A stretch of DNA of 64,000 bases from a virus (lineage: Duplodnaviria > Caudoviricetes): IMG/VR virus record IMGVR_UViG_3300008259_002461; one strand, 5' to 3'. A model generated the notes under the pieces. It was not told the origin of the DNA. It searched no databases and saw only the letters and a list, made by a program, of their open reading frames with translations. Shown piece by piece: positions 58,401 to 64,000 of the stretch. The stretch's first letter is position 1, and each line of letters starts with the position of its first letter. The position numbers were made by a program, and so were the translations under genes.

Positions 58401-60532
58401 AAATCTACATAAAATGTAGTTCCAACTCTAAAGTTACCTAGATGATCCGTAGAACTATAATAAATTCGACCTGAATTTAATTCAACTGCTTCGTTAGCTT
58501 GTATTGCTAGTGTCTTATCGTTTGAAGAATTTAAACCACTGCCAATATATCCAAAATTATGCTGTATTAGATACATCAATGTATCTGCACCGTCAGCTAC
58601 TGCGCCATAGTTTCCATAGACTGATGCTGATCCAATGCTTCGAATTTCTGCTCCATAAATTACTGTACTACCGTCTTGACTTATTCTTCCAGTTGCTCCA
58701 TCTACTGCGTACAATCCTCTATTGGCAAAATACGTAAAACTGTTTAGCCATTCAACCCTAACACCATTGGTCATTGTTATTGCATCTGCATTTGGTGTTA
58801 TGAAAGTACAACTATGAAACAACATCGAAGCTTCAATACTTGCTGGATCCATTTCGCTACCATCAATCCAGGCCCCGCAGCCTGCTAATAAAGTAGTACT
58901 AGTAGTTGGAGATGAAAAGATTGGAATACCAGTTCCGCCAACTAAAAAGGTAGTAACATAGATTCTCCACTGATTAGTATTAACTGGATCTTCAATAATA
59001 TAATCAACTATGTATATTGTGCCGGCAACATTTATTGTCCAACCAGGTTGTACTGTAGTTTCAAAATTAGCTGGTAAATTAGTTTTAAAATATGCTACCC
59101 ATTTTTCACCAACTGAACTTCCGCTTGTATCCCAAATATCGTTTGTGATAATTAAAGTGGGATCAATAGTTGAATAAAAACTAATGGGTTTTATTTGACC
59201 AGTTGGATCAAAAGTTGTATCAACAGTCATTCGCCATTGAGTTGGGTCCGATGGCTCTGTAACAATTGATATAACTGTATAAAATAAAGGAGAATTAGGA
59301 TATCTATCAATGACTGCTGTTTGTCCTACTAACAAATCTACAAGAGCTTGGCTATAAAATGTTTTAGACAGTGTTACACTATTACTAGTTAAGGAAACAC
59401 CAGTAGGTGCTGGGCCAACAGTTATTTGTCTAGGCGTTACAAGTTCAGTATTAGTAATAACCGAAACATCTTGTACGTACGGACTTCTTGAAGAAAATAT
59501 TGCGTTAGGAGCAAATCTAAAAGCATATCCTGTGTTGTTTATATTGTCGTAATAAAAATCTTTTATTGTTAAATGCTGTACAGTTGTTTCTCCATTAAGA
59601 TGAAATACATCTTCAGTTTCGTATCCGGTTGCTGGCACTACTGTAACACTACGTATTCCTTCTCCAATAATAGAAACATTTGAAGGTACTACTAAAGGCA
59701 ACTGTTCCTGATACTCTCCAGGATAAACAAATATAGAAACAGGACCACCGTTGCTTGCATCAGCTGCATCTAGTGCTCTGCGAATTGTTGCGAAAGGACC
59801 TTGTGGATGATCTCCTGCATTAGTATCATCTCCATTTACTGCTACATAAAAAATATTACCTGAGCGCAATGCAAGGTCAATACCGCCGCCTGAGATTGAC
59901 GATGTTGTAACTACTTCACCATTAACTAAATCTGTATATAGCTGTCGCCATTTTTTAGATGGGGATCCTAGATCATATGTTAACGTCTGATCTGGAACAA
60001 TGTTGCTGCTAACATCAGTATTAAAATTAACAGTATCTTCTACGATGTTATTACCAAATGTTATTGTACCGCCTAGAGTAATGGTTCCAGGAGTTGTTAA
60101 ATTTCCAAAAATTCTTAGACTGTCAGTTTCTACAGTACCTGTTCCATTAGGAATTAAATCTATATTAGCGTTAGAACGTATAGTGTTTATTCTATTGTCA
60201 GAAATAGTAAACTCTGATGTTTCTAAATTTGATAAGACGATAGCATCAGCAGCATCTAAATTGATATTGCCAACTACAGCATTTATTTCATTGTCTTCTA
60301 TTCTTAAATTAGGAAGTATTAAATCATCAGCAATAAGATTTACGGTTCTAGTAGTACCAAAAATTTCTAATTCGTAGGAAGGATTATTAAGATTAATACC
60401 AATACGACGATTATTAACGTCTACATAGAGTAGCTGAGTCGTGGATGTATTATTACGAAAAGCGATATCTACGCCATTACGTATTAAATTTTCTTCTAGT
60501 AGCGGGCCGCCAATTCTACCAATCTGTGTCAT
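55406..60532 (-). CDS. Giant virion fibre protein, 1708 aa, paralog of 48938-55264
   Basis: IGRIGGPLLEENLIRNG start; shared MTNGVRVEWLNSFTYFANRGLYAVDG; same DLELRA repeats. Confidence 0.82.
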   Translation of the reverse strand: MTQIGRIGGPLLEENLIRNGVDIAFRNNTSTTQLLYVDVNNRRIGINLNNPSYELEIFGTTRTVNLIADDLILPNLRIEDNEINAVVGNINLDAADAIVLSNLETSEFTISDNRINTIRSNANIDLIPNGTGTVETDSLRIFGNLTTPGTITLGGTITFGNNIVEDTVNFNTDVSSNIVPDQTLTYDLGSPSKKWRQLYTDLVNGEVVTTSSISGGGIDLALRSGNIFYVAVNGDDTNAGDHPQGPFATIRRALDAADASNGGPVSIFVYPGEYQEQLPLVVPSNVSIIGEGIRSVTVVPATGYETEDVFHLNGETTVQHLTIKDFYYDNINNTGYAFRFAPNAIFSSRSPYVQDVSVITNTELVTPRQITVGPAPTGVSLTSNSVTLSKTFYSQALVDLLVGQTAVIDRYPNSPLFYTVISIVTEPSDPTQWRMTVDTTFDPTGQIKPISFYSTIDPTLIITNDIWDTSGSSVGEKWVAYFKTNLPANFETTVQPGWTINVAGTIYIVDYIIEDPVNTNQWRIYVTTFLVGGTGIPIFSSPTTSTTLLAGCGAWIDGSEMDPASIEASMLFHSCTFITPNADAITMTNGVRVEWLNSFTYFANRGLYAVDGATGRISQDGSTVIYGAEIRSIGSASVYGNYGAVADGADTLMYLIQHNFGYIGSGLNSSNDKTLAIQANEAVELNSGRIYYSSTDHLGNFRVGTTFYVDFENGTTSIDTSSVTFDNLAQMKIGTDPNFTFITYDKIDTGNIRISGNTVESLSGEFNIDSASENINFNSDVNVAKNLAMTGNFNFDGSLNLFGNAYTDTVDFNIDIEQNFNPNIDTQYNLGSISNQWLNVWLSEANINSIRIFDNVIQTQDSNSDLELRANGSGRILIPSNNVSFSNDLTVVGNSSLDNNVSVANLNLNGVVNIVGDVSVQSQTVDGFLSVTEAVQFEEILVDDNVITTTSSNANLELRAEPTGIILVPTSDVLVSNSLSADNIYNTSTIAITNVVEFNKADVANIDISQNYITTNNGNLDLVISAINSSSITYWANGSGFNTDFAVFPTGGDPWGIYYWATGSYLEITLSAWTNTSAFNNLLTVSSGSILQLDPAGYGNLINFTSTSGWVSQGSGVYRMTGTWAFGGPTVDSGITNFKFTYIIVSGDITLPNSDVIFEQDLTVDGITSLQNVTVIGTLDQLGLRTQLGNYAQTGNLVQSGNMFVNSAVQFSDISVDDNVITPTVGNNDLDLRASGTGKVLVPNNNVRVTNNLFAATITTGDIIIDQDIDLDDIIVRTNNIQINDNYITTTISNSDLELRATGDVALPTNDVIFDQDLTVNGTTNLKNIIINGTVNHTGNRTQTGNYSQTGNLIVGQFSTQSDVQLEAIKLVDNFIATTNINENLILSASGIGDIVFDDSLLIAQDLTAQSIVTSNLTINNTFALEALESSTDIQIFDNVITTTNTNSNLELRANSAGDVLLENVFVNTDRLGTRSGNITFAPTENITINSTGAVKLPSGTTLQQSNTVGDLRFDTSNNVFEARGLSNTITFNGVYSSDRRTNLVAHPTNNTLNLTINTVQLAQVTVNGLITHRLDVDDIVFDNNAIFTNASNSDLELRADGSGELLVEAFTIKSNIIVPTTLNSASRLGGTGQQWIVFEGNTAVKFPSGDTGSRPASPVLGQTRHNIDSDTLETWIGDQWRSSAGQFDSISVAQMEDEAFIQTLIYG

Positions 60533-60550
60533 ATAATTCCCTCAACACAG

Positions 60551-60557
60551 TATTTAT
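60551..60557 (-). promoter_or_regulatory. Late promoter motif ATAAATA
   Basis: 19 nt upstream of ATG 60532, GAGGG RBS between. Confidence 0.55.
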
Positions 60558-60560
60558 TGG

Positions 60561-61085
60561 TTATTTGTCGAAGTTATGTAGTACAGTAATTGGTTTAGCA
60601 AGAGGTGGAGCAGATGTAAATTTAATGTACCATCCATCTGCATATGGTGAGTTAGGGCCTGTTAGGCTTCCTGATACACTTTGCTCAAGTGTGTAATTTG
60701 TTGTAGATATCTGAAAAACGTTTTCGATTAATACTAACACGTTTTGCGCTGCTGCTGGGATAGGAAAATCTGTATCGCCGCTGTTTAACGGTCCAAACAC
60801 AGTTTCAGTAGCATCGCCATTTCCTAAATTTTGCTGAGTTATTGTGCCTGGTTCTTTATAACGAAGTTCTCGCCAAGCACTGTTTTGATATACTTCAAAT
60901 TCGTTATCATCTATATTATAGCGCACATGTCCATTAATTGGACTTGCTGGTCGTTGCGCTTGTGTTCCTTTAGGAACTAGCACACAATTTGTACTGTCAA
61001 GAATAACTTGATCGTTTACATCGTACTTAACACCCTTACCCTTAATGTTTCGTAAGTTTGTATTTTGTGCTTTAAGTAATCTCAT
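60561..61085 (-). CDS. Small virion structural protein carrying the shared P.GT..QRP...G..RYN module
   Basis: VLVPKGTQAQRPASPINGHVRYN...EVYQNSAW; GNGDATET.FGPL. Confidence 0.65.
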   Translation of the reverse strand: MRLLKAQNTNLRNIKGKGVKYDVNDQVILDSTNCVLVPKGTQAQRPASPINGHVRYNIDDNEFEVYQNSAWRELRYKEPGTITQQNLGNGDATETVFGPLNSGDTDFPIPAAAQNVLVLIENVFQISTTNYTLEQSVSGSLTGPNSPYADGWYIKFTSAPPLAKPITVLHNFDK

Positions 61086-61441
61086 TATACTTCCAAATAA
61101 CTTATTGATGCTGCTAGATTAGTAAAATTTGATCCTAGATCAGGTTCTGCAACAAACGATAACTTATCGCCTGGACCTAGTACAACTTTTTCAGAATCAA
61201 ATGTAAATGTTTCGCCAGCCGGTAATTCAAGTTCTCTAACTACACAAGTGACACTATTGTTAAGTGCTTGTGAATTCTTAATAAAGTGCATGTCAAAACT
61301 TGCGCCGTTGGTAGCAGGTGAAGCACCGTTTGGACTGTATGTATTGCATACCATAATACTAGTAATAGCATAACTTTTACCTGCGGGCACGGTTAATACA
61401 TCAAGTTGTGTAGTTTTTAGTTGTGCATTTTCTATAGCCAT
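61085..61441 (-). CDS. Small beta-rich protein, paralog of 35187-35507 and 48602-48931
   Basis: AITSIMVCN...LELPAGET...EKVVL...ASISYLE. Confidence 0.7.
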   Translation of the reverse strand: MAIENAQLKTTQLDVLTVPAGKSYAITSIMVCNTYSPNGASPATNGASFDMHFIKNSQALNNSVTCVVRELELPAGETFTFDSEKVVLGPGDKLSFVAEPDLGSNFTNLAASISYLEV

Positions 61442-61451
61442 TTTTTTATCC

Positions 61452-62729
61452 TTAGAAGAGCATGCTCAATAATAATGCTCTATTTTTACTTATAAATTCT
61501 CCGCTGGTGTTACTTCTATTAACGAAATATAAACCAGTATCTCCAACACCTTCTTGCTTACTGTAGACTTTAATGCCTTCTAAAGGTGAACTTGGATCTA
61601 AGCTACCATCATCATCAGTTGGAGTTTCAGAAATTGCTAGTACGTCTTTTATTAAAACGTTACCTGTTCCTGGTGCTCCTAATATCAAATTAGTATTACT
61701 TTCAGTTGTTGATATTTCTGTTCCATTAACTTTAATACCGTATAGTTCAATTCTATTTTGATAAAAATTAGCAATTTCACTATTTTCAACAGTAACTGAA
61801 ATTTTACTGTTATCACTAATTGCTCGACCAGAACTTGCTATATATTTTGTTATGTCACCGCCGGTCGTGCTGCGATTAAATTCGATAGTATTATCAGTTG
61901 GAGTATCTGTAACTGTCCAAGTTCCGTTAATACCGTTTATTATTGCATCTACTGGACTTGTTGTAACTCCAATAATTGTTATGCTATCACCTATTTGATA
62001 TCCGTGAGTATTTGTTGTTCTAATAATAGTTCTAGAGCCAACTTCAATAATAGCCCCAATTGTATTATTTTTATCAATCACGCTAACAGAACTGTTATCT
62101 TGACTAATAACGCTAACACCAATGTTAACAAATGAGAAATCAACAAAGTCAGAAACAGCTTTTGCATTTGGTATTGCATCGTCATTGACAATAACAGATC
62201 CAGTTACTGGATCCGGAGTAATTATTCCAGCATCATATCTAAAAACTTTTTCTTCGTAATTAACACTACCTTGTACAGTGATAACACCATTCCCTACACT
62301 AACAAATAAATTCCCGCCTGCAACTATTCCAGGAGTTGCTATAGGTAAACGTTGTGTGCCTTGTTCTGCCAACCACGTACCAATACCATTAACTTCACCG
62401 CCAAGGCTCCACGTTATGCTGTCATCGTATACCCATCTTGCATTTACAAATGCACCCCTTTCAATTTCAATTCCACTTGAATAAGGTCTATCAAGGCTTG
62501 CTGGTAATCCATCTGCTGTATTACTTGCGCTTAGTATAAGGATGTTATCGTCAACTTTTACTATAGTTGAATTTACAGTAGTGGTATCACCTTTAACTTC
62601 TAAATCACCAGTGATAAGAACTTTACCAGTGCCGTTATTTTTTCCGTTAGTAGTGTCGAGGGTAATTGTGTTACCCTCTCCTACTATAAGTTTATAATCA
62701 CTAGTTGGTATACGAAGTACTCTTGCCAT
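61452..62729 (-). CDS. Putative virion structural (baseplate/fibre-attachment) protein
   Basis: 425 aa beta-rich; GDLEVKGDTTTVNST..V.DNIL..; GIEIERG; NLILGAPGTG knuckle-like motif. Confidence 0.55.
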   Translation of the reverse strand: MARVLRIPTSDYKLIVGEGNTITLDTTNGKNNGTGKVLITGDLEVKGDTTTVNSTIVKVDDNILILSASNTADGLPASLDRPYSSGIEIERGAFVNARWVYDDSITWSLGGEVNGIGTWLAEQGTQRLPIATPGIVAGGNLFVSVGNGVITVQGSVNYEEKVFRYDAGIITPDPVTGSVIVNDDAIPNAKAVSDFVDFSFVNIGVSVISQDNSSVSVIDKNNTIGAIIEVGSRTIIRTTNTHGYQIGDSITIIGVTTSPVDAIINGINGTWTVTDTPTDNTIEFNRSTTGGDITKYIASSGRAISDNSKISVTVENSEIANFYQNRIELYGIKVNGTEISTTESNTNLILGAPGTGNVLIKDVLAISETPTDDDGSLDPSSPLEGIKVYSKQEGVGDTGLYFVNRSNTSGEFISKNRALLLSMLF

Positions 62730-62769
62730 TTTATATCCTTAGATAAGGAACTACAGTTCCTTATAATTT

Positions 62770-63195
62770 TTAGATCGCAGTTAAAACAATGTAATCGTTA
62801 GAGCTATCGTTTTCTAGACGCCACGTATACTTGTTACCACTAAAATCAGTAGCCATACGTTTTGTAAGTTTAGCAATAGATACAAGTTGACCGCTGTTAG
62901 AACTTAGATGACCTCGAATACGGATTTCACCGTTAGTTCCAGGTTGTGCAGAAACTAGTACACCAGTCTTTAAATCTGTACCGGTAACTGTTCCAGGAAT
63001 GCTTTCGCTATCAGTAAGTGCATCAACTGATGCCTTTAGTACTACGAAAGTTTTCTTTCCTCTTTGTTTTACAAGTTGATAGTCTGTGCCTAATGCACCA
63101 CCAAAATATCCTTCAACTCTAATACCTGCTTGTGTTGTTGTTGCTGAACGGGTTACTTTAACACCGTTAATATCTTTATGTAATGGACGTCCCAT
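62770..63195 (-). CDS. Hypothetical late protein; start revised to 63195 (MGRPL)
   Basis: AAGGAGA RBS directly before 63195; follows the capsid gene. Confidence 0.7.
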   Translation of the reverse strand: MGRPLHKDINGVKVTRSATTTQAGIRVEGYFGGALGTDYQLVKQRGKKTFVVLKASVDALTDSESIPGTVTGTDLKTGVLVSAQPGTNGEIRIRGHLSSNSGQLVSIAKLTKRMATDFSGNKYTWRLENDSSNDYIVLTAI

Positions 63196-63276
63196 TGTTT
63201 TCTCCTTAATTTGACGTTTTAGGTCTACGCTGCGGGTTACAGCATAAGTTCGCATTACGCGAATATAATTTAGACA
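63196..63276 (-). ncRNA. Candidate three-way-junction 5' leader RNA
   Basis: GUCUA/UAGAC enclosing UUCGC/GCGAA and UGCUG/CAGCG hairpins between late promoter and RBS. Confidence 0.4.
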
Positions 63277-63279
63277 AAG

Positions 63280-63286
63280 TATTTAT
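63280..63286 (-). promoter_or_regulatory. Late promoter motif ATAAATA
   Basis: gATAAATAc 14 nt downstream of the capsid terminator. Confidence 0.55.
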
Positions 63287-63300
63287 CAGAAACCTAAGAT

Positions 63301-63330
63301 AAAAAAATAGACCCCGGAGGGTCTATTTTT
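63301..63330 (-). terminator. Rho-independent terminator after the capsid gene, C(UCCG)G loop, potentially bidirectional
   Basis: aaaaatagaccc-tccg-gggtctattttttt on the minus strand. Confidence 0.88.
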
Positions 63331-63350
63331 ATTTTGCTACCTAGTAAAAA

Positions 63351-64000
63351 TTACTGGAATGTAACGTTACCGCTAGTGATAGCTACGTTAGCTAGGTAGT
63401 CAGCAGCATTACCTAGAGATGATGCTGTGTTGCTTAATTCAACATATCCATAACGAGTCATAAAGCTCACGACTGGTTCGAATGTGTCTGGATCTAGAAC
63501 AACACCAGAGCTCATTAGAGGAATGTAAGGGCAATAGAATGCCGCTGCATCTGACTCTGAAGAACCTTTGTAACCAACTAGAACACCTGTTGCATCAGAT
63601 GCATAAGTGTCAACGAACACACGCATAGCGTTGTTCAATGTACCAACAAACTTGGTATTAGTTGGAGCTTCGAATGAACCTTCTGTTGTTCTTGCGAACG
63701 CAGAAGTAGTTGCACTTTGAAGAATTGTTAAAGCAAACGGACTAACAACTGCAAAGTTACCAGCACCACGACGAGTACGCTGAGCGATCAAATTAGCAGC
63801 ACGGTTGATTTGAACAGCTAATGCAGCGTGTTCATCACCAACGAATGTAGCTGTACCTGAAACGGTAGCTTGGTCGTATGTTTGTACTGTGCCTGCTAGG
63901 CTACGTAAAGAAGCAAGAACTTCTTGATCAATTTCAGCTGTAATTTCTTGAGCCAAAGCAGCCATAATTTCTGCTTCGATATCAATACCATGCTGAGATT
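63351..64000 (-). CDS. Major capsid protein (T4 gp23-like), 5'-truncated by the window edge
   Basis: Frame stays open upstream (SQHGIDIEAEIMAALAQEITAEIDQEV); RRGAGNF.VVSP, VGYKGSSESDAAAFYCPYIPL, TFEPVVSFMTRYG. Confidence 0.93.
   Translation of the reverse strand, partial: SQHGIDIEAEIMAALAQEITAEIDQEVLASLRSLAGTVQTYDQATVSGTATFVGDEHAALAVQINRAANLIAQRTRRGAGNFAVVSPFALTILQSATTSAFARTTEGSFEAPTNTKFVGTLNNAMRVFVDTYASDATGVLVGYKGSSESDAAAFYCPYIPLMSSGVVLDPDTFEPVVSFMTRYGYVELSNTASSLGNAADYLANVAITSGNVTFQ

Overview
The whole window is a segment of a large T4-like (contractile-tailed) dsDNA phage genome, mostly the late/virion-morphogenesis region on the minus strand. Recognisable core genes are the major capsid protein (partial, right edge), large terminase, probable small terminase, gp4-like head completion nuclease, tail tube, a greatly enlarged tail sheath, neck proteins gp13/gp14, tail terminator gp15 and dNMP kinase. 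About 31 kb encode fibre/appendage proteins: four giant (1708-2256 aa) related beta-helix proteins with different plug-in domains, a peptidase-S74 fibre and three tandem glycine-rich paralogs. Next to them lies a 10.5 kb block with three flavin-dependent (tryptophan-halogenase-like) enzymes and seven Fe(II)/2-oxoglutarate oxygenases, preceded by a phage GroEL; a sulfotransferase and a Nudix hydrolase lie elsewhere in the late region. A (A)TAAATA late-promoter motif precedes most virion genes and also the halogenase/oxygenase block, which suggests that this enzyme set acts during virion assembly (lead hypothesis: post-translational tailoring of virion fibres/adhesins). Two unusually long, structured 5' leaders are candidate cis-regulatory RNAs. 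No tRNA, rRNA, CRISPR array, intron, intein or reverse transcriptase was seen. Family assignments are from motif recognition by eye, not from database searches.
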